From Narcine bancroftii (Eukaryota), in contig NC_091469.1 of assembly GCF_036971445.1 (NCBI RefSeq), positions 397,296,001 through 397,360,000 of the forward strand: DNA of 64,000 nt, in the 5' to 3' direction. Positions 50,532 to 63,079 of this stretch are shown here, one piece after another. Numbering within the stretch: position 1 is the first letter of the stretch; each line of letters begins with the position of its first letter. The translations under genes and the position numbers were made by a program. Under the pieces are notes generated by a model. It was not told the origin of the DNA and made no database searches. It was given only the letters and a program-made list of their open reading frames with translations.

Positions 50532-53500
50532 TTTTTTCAAACTTTATTTAAAAGATAGTGAAAAAAAAACCCATTAAAACAGTATAGAAATAATCAAGAA
50601 AAGATTTTACAATAATACCCCTCCCACCCCTATAGCCAACTTAAGTGGAGCAACAACATAAAAATAGATTATATATATAAAAATTTAAAAATTATGAATA
50701 TTAATAACATTTCAAAGTATATCTAAATGCATATATTTCAAATACAGACACCACTTACTAACAAAAGAAGAATTATCCTGTAAATTATAAGTAATTTTTT
50801 TCCATGACAATACATACATTGTCATGTTGTGCCAACATGATATATTAATCTCAGTATCATCTTTCCAAGTACTAGCAACACATTTACGCGCTACTGATAT
50901 CACCAAATATACAAAAGCAATTTGAATTTTGTCCATTCCCATTCCCCTGAACGAATACAAATTTCCGAATCAAAAATATCGTTGGATCTAACAGTAATAT
51001 AAAATTATATAATTTTCCCAAAACTACTTTGATTCCTTGCCAAAATTATTGAACTTTAATGCAAGTCCAAACGGCATGTATAAAAGTTCCAATACATGAA
51101 TCACATCTAAAACAAGAATCCGAATTACTAAATTCATTTTTTAAGCTTTTCTGGGGTCAAATATAATTGATGTAAAAAATTATAATTAGTCAATTTAATT
51201 ACATTGTCCTGACACATATTCGCCCAATTATCTTTGGGAATAATAAATAATAAATCACTCTCCCATTTAAGTTTAGATTTCTCCCAATCTGACTTATCCA
51301 TACTATCTTGTAACAAATTATACATCACTGAAACATAACCCTTTTTCGGTATAGAGGAAATCAAAGATTCAAATCTCGACAAAGTAGGTAAAATCATCTC
51401 TCTACCATAATTATCTTTTATCAAAGCTCTAAGTTGATAATACACAAACAAAAAATTTATAAGTATATCAAATCTTTCTCTCAATTGATTAATAAAAGAA
51501 ATTCCCCTCTACAAAACAATCTTGTATTGTCTTTATACCTTTAGAATCCCAAATCTTTAAATGATTATTAAACATTGAAAAAGGAATAAGCTGATTATTA
51601 TATAATGGAGTTAAAATAGATAATTTATCTTTTGACCCTAACACCCTATTTTTTTTATCCAAATCTTTAGCAAATGTTTCAATATCGGCATATCATATTG
51701 CTGTAACAAAATCAAATTTCAACAAAATATAAATTCATGTATCTCAACCCTGGAAATATACACCATCTCCACTTTAGCCCAGCTAGGAGGCTGATCTAAA
51801 TCCACCAATCTACTAACAAACTTTAACCGGGCCACTTCATAATAGTTTTGAAAATGTGGCAATGGTAATCCGCCCAATGCACACTTCCATGTAAGTCTAT
51901 GCAACGCCACTCGAGCTAATTTACCTTTCCATAAAAACTCTCGCAATGCCTTATTCAAATCTTGAAAAAAGCCCTTAGAAAGTAAACAAGGTATTGACTG
52001 AAATGAATATTGAATTCGAGGAAAAATATTCATTTTAATACAATTAACCTGACCAATCAAAGTTAATGAAAGATCTTTCCACTTAATCAAATCTGCTTTA
52101 ATCTATCTTAATATAGGTACATAATTTAATTGATATAATGATTGATAATTAATATCCATAAACACACCTAAATATTTAATTTTACTTGCCCACCTTCTTT
52201 TATCCCAATTAACTTTATATCCCGATAATTCTCCAAATTTCAACAAACACTCTTGCAATTGTTTCAACGACCATTCCGGTTCCGTCAAATATACCAACAC
52301 ATTGTCCGCAAATAAATTAATTTTATATTCTTCATTCTTAACCCTCATCCCTCTAATTTCTTAATTTTGTATAATAGCCTGAGCTAACAGTTCAATAACC
52401 AATGCAAATAAGGCTGGTGACAATGGGCAGCCCTGTCGAGTTGAACAAGTTAATTTAAATGGTGAAGAAATCTGTCCATTTGTCATCACCCTAGCAATTG
52501 GGTTTGTATATAAAGCCTTAACCCAACCAATAAAAAAAGGGCCGAATTTAAATTTCTCTAACACTCTAAATAAAAAATCCCACTCAACCCTATCAAAAGC
52601 TTTTTCTGCATCTAATGCAACCTGAAGGTAATTAATCGAAATATATTGTCTGATGCATTTCTATTCTTAATAAAACCTGTTTGATCAATGTGTACCAATT
52701 TGGGTAAATATCTAGCAAGTCTATTAGCTAATACTTTCGGAATAATTTTATAATCTAGATTTAATAAAGAAATAGGTCTATATGAAGTTACTTTTAATGG
52801 AACTATCTTTTTTTGGAATGACAGTTATTAAAGCATTTTAACATGATTCTAGTAACTTCTGATCTTCAGTAACTTGATTCAACACTTCTCCAAATTCATT
52901 AGAAAAATCATCATAAAAGAGTTCATAAAATTCCACAGGGAATCCATCATCCCCTGGGGACTTTCCATTAGGCATTTCCTGAATAGATTCTTTAATTTCA
53001 AAATATATAAATGGAGATTCCAATTCCTGAACATCATTTCCATCTAATACTGGTAATTTTAATTTAGATAAGTAAGAATCAATTATCCTGTTTCCCCTCA
53101 GAAGTATATAATTTTTGATAAAATGAATAAAACTGGTCATTAATTTCCTGAGGTTTGTAAGTAACTTTTTAATTCTTCTTAACAGCATTAATAGTTTGAG
53201 ATGTCTGTTCAGTTTTCAATTGCCAAGCAAGTACCTTATGAGCTCTTTCCCGAACTCATAATAACGTAGTTTAGATCAATTAATTAAGTGCTCAAACTGA
53301 TAAGTTTGTAAATTATTATAATGTAATTTCAACCTCGCTAATGCAACTTTTTTTAAATCTTCTGTTACACCTTTCTGAAAATCTTTCTCTAACTCAGCAA
53401 TCTTATTTTTGAACTGTAACCTTTCTGCCATATATTGTTTCTTAACTTTTGTAGAATAATTAATAATCTTCCCCCTCAAATAAACTTTTAAAGCATCCCA

Positions 53501-56341
53501 TATTACAAAATGACTATCCACAGAATTAACATTTTCATTGAAAAATAAAGAAATATTCTCTTTAACAAAAGTAACAAACTCTGTTTTTTTTCAATAACAT
53601 TGCATTAAACCTCCATCTAAACGAACCTCCATCTCAGAACTTTTACAAGAAAAAAGTAATAATGAATGATCTGATATAACTCTATTTTTATATTCAGCTC
53701 ATAATACTCTACCTTGTAAATGTGCTGATACCAAAAATAAATCAATTCTAGAAAACAAATCATGACTTGAAGAATAAAAAGAGAAATCTTTCTCTAAAGG
53801 ATTAACTTTTCTCCAAATGTCAACCAAATTTAAATCTTTCATTAACTCATTAATTTGTGTTGCCATCTTTGATTTCCTTATACTTTTTGGATTTCTGGTC
53901 AATAAAGGGTCGAGAACACAATTAAAATCACCACAAACTAAAACATTTTCATTAGTTTGAGTTAACAGTAAAAAAGCTTCTGAAATAAACCGTTCTTCAT
54001 CTATATTAGGGACATAAAGATTCAGCAAAAATTTTACAGTTCACTCTTAATACTCTGCCAGCATACCCCTCTGAAGATTCCAATTCAAATGGTATTTTTT
54101 TATGAATCAAAATCGCTACTCCTCTTGCCTTAGAATTAAAAGAAGAAGAAAAAATATGACCAACCCAATCTCTTTTCAATTTCAAATGTTCTTTTTCAGT
54201 CAAATGTGTTTCTTGTAAAAAAGCAATATCAATTTTATTTTTTTTAAATATAAGACAATATTCTCTTTCTCTTAATTGGATTATTTAATCCCTGTACATT
54301 AAAAGTTGCAAAATTCAATTTAGACATCTTTTTTAACTACTAATATATTTACACACTATAAAATAATGCTCCCCTCTATAATTCTTCGGAAAAAAAAACC
54401 CTCAAAAACAAAAAAAAACCCAAAGGTAGTAATACCCTAAAAATTTGGGTGTGGTAAACCCACTAGCGGCAGATGACTGTCAAAGTTCTCAGTGTCACCC
54501 ACCCCCCAGCCAGATACATATTTATTATTTAATTAAACACAATAAAATATAGTCCATATATTCAGCCCAATGATTCCATGCCCAACGACTGCTCTGGATC
54601 TTCAACATCAAGAAGACTTAGTGTCAATTCTTCTTTCTTTCCATACCCATGTCCATTTCCATTTCCATTTACTCTCCTCTTAGGAGACAACGGAGAAGAA
54701 TGCCCATTTCTTTGCAGTTCCAGCAAAGAATTAGCAAAAACCAAAGCATCATGATCATTCTCAAAGATTTGAGATTGAAAGTTTCCATAAAAAACATTCA
54801 AAATTGCAGGATAACCAAAAGCAAACTTATAGCCTTTTCGCCACAAAACATCTTTAGCCATATTAAATTCTCGTCATCTTGCAAACCTCTTGGCTCAAAT
54901 CAGCATGAAAAAACACACTGTTATTTTGAACCATTAATGGAGATTGATTCTACTGTGCTTTCTGTACCACCATACGTAGAATCATTTCTCTATCTTGGTA
55001 TTTTAAACAATGAACCAAAACTGCTCTCGGTGTTTGTCCTGGAAGTGATTTTCTTCTCAGAGCTCTATGAGTCCAATCCAATACCGAACCTTCAGGAAAA
55101 AACTCTTTACCCAGCACCTCTGGGATCCAATGCTTAAAAAATGTTATAGGATTGGAACCTTTAATGTCCTCTGGAAGACCAACTATTTTCACATTATTCC
55201 TTCAGCTTTGATTTTCCAATGAATCAATCTTCTTCAATAAATCTCTTCTTTGAATCCCCCAATCTACAAAAGAACCTTCCACTTTTTCCATTTTTTCTCT
55301 ATTACGTTCCACCTGGTTTTGACACTCAGAAAAAGCTGTTTCAATTTTCTTAAAATTATCTTGCACAGTATCAACTGATTTTATATATCTATTAATATCA
55401 CTATTAACTAGTCATTTCCTGTTTCACAGTTGACATTTCATCACACAGGTTATTCATTTTTATTTTCATCTCCATAAATCCTTGATTCACCTGGGTTGAT
55501 ATTTGTTTTGACATATTGTGCATTTGACAAGCAATCCCTTCCAAAATAGTAAACACTGAATCCATTCCAGATTCCACCTCCACTTTTTGAGGTCTACCTC
55601 CTTTAACTACAGGCTCCTCCTCCTGGAAAAATTCAAATAAGGCAAGTTGCTCTTCTTCCTCAGTCATCGTAGATCATTTAAGTGAACGGCTGCGGGTCTG
55701 AACACTCACCGCCGGCATCCCGACCTCATCGGGACACCGGCGTTTGGGCTCCCCCAGAGCCCATACTTTGTTGAGCAATTCTCGGACTCGGGATGCCCCA
55801 TGCAAGCCAGGCAAAGCCGCCAGACACGCCGGAGCATCCTCCGATGCTACACTGCGGACCAGGCCGCCCAGCGAGATCACCAGTTCGTGGGTCCCCTTTT
55901 TGGCTGTGCTGCCCATGCACACTGCCTCACATGAATGTGGGACGGCAATAGCCGAGCTCACCAAAGAGCCGGCGCCATCTTGCGGAGTCAGGATCAGCGC
56001 CGAGGTCAAACTCGAACAGGCTGGAGTCCTCCTAGGCTTGGAGACTCCCAACAATGATTCCGTGGATTCCGCTATGCAGGTAGGCCTCAATTCTTCCGTA
56101 CTTTTGTAAGGTAATTTTTTCTGAAGTTGAGGTTTAAATTTTTTTACATTTGATGCCATCATAAACCACTGTTATTTAAACAGCTATAAATATTATTTTT
56201 AACCACTTTTATACTTTTTAAAAACTGGGTATATAGTAATCCAGCTGGCGGACCAGGCTCGATGGGCCATTTTTGGCCTACTCCTGTTCCTACTTCCTAT
56301 GTTCCTATGTTCCTTTCTTCTACGCCATCTTGCCACAGCTC
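50532..56341 (-). mobile_element. Full-length but decayed L1 LINE (~5.8 kb)
   Basis: 5' AAGATGGC; ORF1 pieces 56162-54562 (KIVGLPE, HRALR, GYPAIL); ORF2 pieces (KARGVAILI, GDFNCVLD, SRIDLF, KSPGDDGF, TRQGCPLSP, LFADN); AATAAA and A-tail; 17-bp TSD at 50515-50531 and 56342-56358. Confidence 0.93.
56246..56313 (+). mobile_element. ~70-nt CR1 3' tail inserted in the L1 5'UTR
   Basis: Nearly identical to 44016-44084 (GGCTCGATGGGCCATTTTTGGCCTACTCCTGTTCCTACTTCCTATGTTCC). Confidence 0.88.
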
Positions 56342-56778
56342 CTTTCTCCCACATATTGATCATGTCCCTACTTCTGCTTTTCCTGCTTTCTCTCCACTCT
56401 TGTCTTCATGCAGCAGGTCCAATATCTGTCTACTGCTTCATCTTAGTCACCTTTACAGGTGTCTCTTGCCTACACCTCAGCAGCATCTTCGCTGAAGTGC
56501 ATATAGTTGTAGTCTGTGGCATAAGGTGTTATTTAAACAAGACAAGTGAAAGCCTGATGCTGTCATCCTCTTTAGGCCGTCCTTCACTGTCAGAACAGGC
56601 CGCTCCGCCAAACCATTTGAGGCTGGGTGGAAATGGGCTGTCCAAATGTGATGAATGCCATTCTACTGCATGAACTCACTGAACAGCTCACTGGCAAATG
56701 TCGGGCCATTATCAGTGACCAGAGTGTCAGGCAATCCCTGGATCACAAACACTTGCCAGAGTTTGTCTATGGTTGAGT

Positions 56779-57092
56779 GGGCTGTAATGTTGCCTGGAAG
56801 TTTCCTCTCACTACGTCTGACTGCAAGTTTCCAACATTCAACCTCTTTCTGGGGCCACCATTGTTCTTGAACTTTGGCTTGAAGTGAAGGTTGAGCTTGC
56901 AGCGAACAAGCTGGTGGTCAGTGTGGCATTCCGCGCTAGGCATGACCCTGGTGTGGAGCACATCTCGTTTGTCTCTTCCTTGCACCAGAACGTAGTCCAG
57001 GAGGTGCCAGTGTTTGGATCGGGGATGCATCCAGGTAGTCTTCAGGCTGTCTCTCTGCTGGAAAAGGGTGTTAGTAATGACACCCCCTGCCA
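56779..57092 (-). mobile_element. Internal RTE endonuclease-region fragment
   Basis: ITNTLFQQ..KTTWMHPRSKHWHLLDYVLV...CHTDHQLV (ORF 56767-57099). Confidence 0.88.
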
Positions 57093-57469
57093 TCTCCATG
57101 CCTTAGGCAATCTCTAGGGCTTTCTTTGACAGCAGTGGTTTTTCCCCCAACAAATGGTGTTGTATGGCATCATTATACCAATCTATCATGGAGCAAATCA
57201 TCCAACGCTGCCTTTAAATCACAATCCTATGATAGCTTCCAAAGCTCGGCTACAAAATTGGCCACAGACTGACCTGGCTTCCAGAAAAGGCTGTGTAACT
57301 TAAACCGTTGGACTATCACAGAAGGTTTTGGGTTGTGGTGGTTTCCCACGAGGTTGACCAGTTCAGCAAATGGAATTTCCCCATTTCCATGGTAGGGCTA
57401 AGTTCCTTATCAACTTGTAAGTCTTTGCCCCACACACACTGAGGAGATTAGAGTGCTTTTTAGTCTCCT

Positions 57470-58426
57470 CAGAAATTCCATTAGCACAGAAAAAGTGTCC
57501 CACTCACTGATGGTGGACTTAAAATGGCACCCGTTGGTGAACACCACAATGTTCCAGACTTGGAAAAACCATATTATCTGCCTCGCACCTCGACAACGTG
57601 GAGTACTCGAACAACAAATCCCCAAACGTCTTGTGGAGTTTCTGGACATTGTCAGTCCCCAGTTTTCCACTGCCACACCCAAATATGATGATGCACACTA
57701 CATCCTCACCCAAGAACCTCATCTACATGCCTAAGCCTGACACCTGCCATCCAACAAGTTGTGGCTTGCACCACAAGAGTTTCATAAAATGAAGGAACTT
57801 GGAATCATACACAGGCTAATAGCCCATGGGCATCCTCGCTACATGTGATTCCCAAAGCCACGGGAGTCAGAGAACTTGCGGGATTATAGGCATTACAACT
57901 ACACTACCACTGCAGACCGCTACCCTGTGCTCCATATACAGGACTTTATAGCTAATCTTCATGGGGCCAGGATATTTTTAAAAATTGACTTAGTGCATAG
58001 AGGTGCACTGGGTCACCGTTACAGAAGCCCTACAAGGGCCCCTTCAGAGTGCTATGAAACAATCATACAACTTGTGCATGAGACGTTGGGAGGCATCTAG
58101 AGACATTTACGATTGACCGACCAAAGCCTGCTCATCTCGACCTTGATCAGCTCTTCCCGTGACCCCCAATGCGAAGGTGCGGATGACTGCCCCAAAGCGA
58201 TGGTCAGTAATGGCACCAGAGCTTAGCGGTTCACAGGAGGCTTAATCAAACCAGCCAGGCGGTTCGGAATGACGTCATGACGTCACAATGCGATGACATC
58301 ATTTGGAACGCGTGGGGTTTTAAAAAGCTGCATGTGACAGTTTAAGTAACGACTTTTAATGAATTGACTCGACTACATCAGATCATTTCCTTGTCCTTTA
58401 TTTCGCACTGCAACACAGTTGCTACA
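57470..58426 (+). mobile_element. Internally deleted Gypsy (RT N-terminus fused to integrase end) with 3' LTR ~58223-58426
   Basis: SPWASSLHVIPK; DRYPVLHIQDF.ANLHGARIFLKIDLV; PYKGPFRVL; KPAHLD; LTR ends GCTACA. Confidence 0.8.
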
Positions 58427-60329
58427 ATATCAACTTTAGAATCGTACCTATATTGATTAATTATCAGCGAAAATCTTTAATTCACATCAATGAAAAATTA
58501 CATCAGAAATTTATACACATTTGAATCCTGCATAAAAATGTAATTCACACACATTTAGTAGAAAATAAAACAAATTAAGTGATTAAAAACACAATCTGCT
58601 GGAAGAACTCAGCAATTTGATGGTGTGAATCCAACTGAATTCCTCCAGCATTTTTCAGTGTGTTTCTGAACACAGAAATTTGAACAGCATCAATAGGAGA
58701 TAAATAATTGTTGACCCACATTTATGCTGTTTGAAAATTATTATTTTGTCCCACATTAAATTGGCAAAACCATCTATTTTAGTATTATTTAAGAATGATA
58801 GCAACAGAAGGAATTCAGGCGTTTGTATCAAAATGGTGACCTAAAGCTGGGCCAGTTTGCATCAGATGTATATTTTCTTCAACACTCAGGAAAAACCTGC
58901 AGTAAATACTAATATCCTCATTTTGATATCTACATAAAGTTGCAAACAATGCAAGATTGTTTCTTCAGTTATTGTACTGAACAGCAACTGAATAATATCA
59001 GAGAGAAAGCTCGAACTGGGCTTCATTCCTAGCCACTACAGTTCTCTTTGTAGGCTGCTATTTTTATAGCAATCCATAGAATCCGAACAGTGAGCTCCTT
59101 TCAGACGTTAAGCACTTCAGAGTTACCAGCATGGTTTATGTTCGGACTTGTGAAAGAAAACCCATCAATTTCTGTCAAGATTAGAAAGCTTGTGCTATCT
59201 TACATCATATTTCAATGGAATACTCCAAGAAGCCCTTCAATTAAAGACTTAATCCATGGTTTGATGACAGGAACCAAATAGCACTGAGCAAGCCAGCTGG
59301 CAATTTACGAGGCCAAATTCGAATTACTTGAGAATTTAATATGGAAGGTCCGACTTTCAGTAATTTACACACATGCTAGATTCTAAAAGGGAAGTTATAA
59401 AACAAACAAGGAAAACACGGGAGACTAAGAAAAGCTCCCATTTATAGTTTGTGGTACAGCTGACATGTGATATGCTCATAAATTAAATAGAAGTCTGGAT
59501 CTTCTTCACAACCAGGTTATTTTTGCACAAATAAAATATTAAACATAAACATGTAATTTACCATTAATCTTGTTACAATGTAAAACTGGACCCACCTCTC
59601 TGCTCCCTCACAAAAGCTCTGCAAATGCTTTTCTTTGATTGTATCTGACTCCTTTACAACCTCATACAGTTCATCCCAAACTACTAACCACTCATTGCTT
59701 AAAGATCTTTCTTTCCTCATACACTGTTTCTTTTGCCCATCAGCTTCATTTGTGTGCCTGGCTTCAGATCCTTACTCCAGGTTTGGCCCATATACTCTCT
59801 CGATATATTTCAAGGTTTTAAATTTCTCAATCAGATCCATGTTCTTAGGAGAAGTCAGATTATCTCGTCTATCTAAATAATAATAAAAGTGCATTAGCCC
59901 TTAAATGACTTTAAAGCCCTTCAATTTTTCTTAGCATGTTATATTCATAATGATATAATACTGCAATTGTTGGTTGAATCTATATTTAATGAATATTCTC
60001 CAAAAATTCTGGCACTTGAAGCCCAGGATCCTATGTACTTTATCAACCTTTTTTTCTAACTGTCCTACATAAGCTCAACAACCATGGACATACCCCTAGA
60101 TCTCTCTTATATTGTTGCCTCTTATACTCTTATAACTGTGTCCTTTGGTTTAAATTGAATCTTCTCATTCTTATTGTTCCTACCAAAATGAAACACTTCA
60201 CTTATCTCAGTTTTGAATTTTTACTGCTAACTATCCATCAGCCTGTCACTTTCTGAGTCTGTTACTATATTCCTCACAGTTGAAGCATTGTGTTATCTGA
60301 ATATCTGAATGTTTTGCCCAACATAGCTA

Positions 60330-62960
60330 GGTCTACATTTCCCCATATCTGAAATTCCATTAACCAAACATTTCTATTAACCCATTTTTTTTTTTCAGTG
60401 CCAACATCACAAGTTGAAAAAATGTATCACCCAATTTTCCCATGTGTGACTCTGGTACTCTGTTGGCACCATTTTGAATCTAATAGTGCTCTCGTGTATT
60501 GAGATACAGTTGCAATGGCAAAAAGGTTTGCGAATAGCACTGTCGATATCAGTGAAAAGAAAAGGAGGATGCGTTTATATTTGTCTATAAAACAGAAAGT
60601 CAAGCTGCTAGTGAAATTGGACAGTGGTGAAAATGTGACATGTCTTACAGAAGAGTATGGTATTGGAACGACTGCAATTTGTGACCTGAAGAAACAGAAG
60701 AATAAATTGTTGAAGTTTTTCCTAAGAGTGATGAAAAGAAATTAATGAAAGATAGAAAAACACTGCTGTAAAGGTAAAAATGAAGAACTCTATTGTGTAT
60801 TGATGGAGTGGATCCAATAGTATCACAGTGAACACATGCCACTTAATGGCTTGCTGATCATGAAACAAGCAAAACTCCATCATAATGATCTGAAATTTGA
60901 ATGGAAAGGTAAATATTCAGCAGGCTGGTTGAGTAAATTTAAGAAAAGGCACGGCATTAAATTGTTAAAGATTAGTGGCAAAAAAGCATCTGCTGATCGT
61001 GGAGCAGTGGAGAAATTCATTGACGAGTTTGCGAAGATCATCGCTGATGAAAATCTGACATCAGAACAAGTCTATAATGCTGATGAAACATCACTGCTTT
61101 GTCGTTATTGCCCCAGAAGAAGACTGGCTACAGCTGATGAGAAAGCCCATACAGGAATTAAGAATGCCAAGTACAGAATAACTGTGCTGGGATGTACTAA
61201 TGCAGCAGGCAAGCATAAGTGTAAACTTGCTGTGATAGGCAAAGCTTGTGTCCTCATTGTTTTAAAGGAGGGAATTTCTTACCAGTCCATTATTATGCAA
61301 ACAGACAGGCATGGGTCACCAGGGACATCTTTTCTGATTGGTTTAACAAACATTTTGTGCCAGTGGGTCGTGCTCACTGCAGGGGAGCTAGATTGGATAC
61401 TAACTGCAAGGTGTTTTTTTTTTCAATTTATGATGCTGCCAATGCTTGGAACAAAGTGACTCAAGACACAATCTCTGACCTGCAACTATGTTCCTTAATG
61501 GTGATGATTTGGAAGGATTTCCATGGGCAAGTGAGGAAAAAAAAATCTTGTGTGACCTCCTTACATACAATATGCAAAAAATAAACATTCAGAGTCCATC
61601 AGTCAGCTGGAAGAAGAAGATATTGAAGAAGTTTTATAACATCGATAATGAGGCTCCAGTTGTTCATTCTATTACATGTTTGTAGTTCACTTTAAATCGA
61701 ATGAGACTGTTACCTTAAGAGAACAAATCAAGCTGCAAGTTTGGGAGTTTGACTGTGAGCTGGCAGGCTGAGGACAGCATGTACTAAATTGGACACATCT
61801 GAAGAGAGAGGAAGTGCAGATGCAGAGATTATGTGACCAATAGATTAAAGATAGTACTGAGTTTGCTCTGGGGCCATTTTAAGGAACCACTACTTGAGGA
61901 AGCATCTTTTGAAGGGATGCTGTGCTGAAGTGGTCTTGTGTAATAATAGACAATCTGTCTGATTTCCCCATGTTATCGGGGAATGAGTGTGGCCATTTTA
62001 AGGAGTCAATACTTGGAGAAGCATCCTTTGAATGGTTACTGTGCTGAATGCAGCCTCGTGTGATAATAGACATTTGTCTGATTTCTCAGTGTTATAGGGG
62101 AATTCTGGGACCAAAAGGTAGAGGTCATTTTGATCGGCTGACCCATGGAAAGGGTTCTACAAGCAGAGAAATACTGCGCTTGGGTTGCGACCATTGTGAG
62201 GGTCACATGGAACGGCTGACCCACAAAAGGGTTTCTGGAAGCTTTGTGAAGATCACTTGCTTGATATCTCCTATGCTAAAGAAGAGGGGAGTTTTGGTCG
62301 CCACTCATCTGAAAAGGACATTGGTCTGGAAGCACCTCGACAAGGATTTCATAAGTTAATAAACATTCTGTCACTTGGTCACTCCCACTTACTTTGTGAT
62401 CATTTCTGCACCCATCTAAAGCCTGTGTGTCATATCCATCTAAAGCCTGCATATCACATTGATTCAAGACCCACGTGTCAACATTGGATGTTCTGAGACT
62501 GAACTGCCTCTCCAGAATTAGGCCTGAGTTGTAGTGGCATAGGCAAATAAGTAATTTACATATAGTTGGGAGTTAAGTATAGATAAGTTTAAATAAGTGT
62601 AGGTAAATTAGATGAGGTGTTATATTATTGTTAATTGTTGAAATATTACTTTAAACATAACACTGTCTGGCCTCATTTATATTGCTGCTGACTGGTACAT
62701 AGCAATTCACTGACCGACGGTGAAATAGCTGAAATTGTTCTGCATCAAGGTGAGCACATGTTGACACTGCATAAAAATTGCCCATAGACGACATGGTGAA
62801 AATGTTGATGGGCTTATTGATGCACAAGAGCAGTGAGCATTCAGAACTGAACAAGAAATCATGTCAGTGCATAAAATCAAAAAGAGAGAACTGCTGACAA
62901 AAGCCATTGTTAATCAGGCAGACGACACTGGAGGAAATATTTGAAAAAGCTGTCGAGGTG
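60330..62960 (+). mobile_element. Tigger/pogo (Zombi/jerky-like) DNA transposon, defective, split by an LTR
   Basis: CENP-B-type HTH (ORF 60515-60745); GWLSKFKKRHGI...VYNADETSL...RITVLGCTNAAG (ORF 60836-61459); coding sequence resumes at 62705. Confidence 0.88.
61670..62704 (+). mobile_element. Solo LTR-like insertion (~1 kb)
   Basis: Interrupts the transposase; 4-bp TSD ATTC at 61666-61669 and 62705-62708; termini TATTACA...TAGCA (decayed TG...CA). Confidence 0.7.
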
Positions 62961-63079
62961 AATTTCTAATGTTTGGTGTTGCATTTATCTTTGTTTTAAA
63001 GCAGAGATCACATTGTTTCTTGGTATGTATTAAAACATTATTTCATACTGGAAAAGCCTTCCATTTAAAAAAAAAACAC

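Larger units (their letters stand above)
49525..57460 (-). mobile_element. K02A2.6-like Gypsy element (gag ~57460-57230, integrase ~56778-56342 and ~50531-50100, 3' LTR 49711-49525), hosting nested insertions
   Basis: gag GAKTYKLIRNL...HHNPKPSVIVQRFKLH; integrase GLPDTLVTDNGPTF...HPASNGLAER; WLPGVILK; RRSQYARKLPDRLNL*; purine tract AGAGCAAGAAG before TGTTGTAATA...TCACA. Confidence 0.8.

Noticed and set aside
60515-61685. Domesticated JRK/TIGD-like gene
   Set aside because: Multiple frameshifts and an LTR insertion
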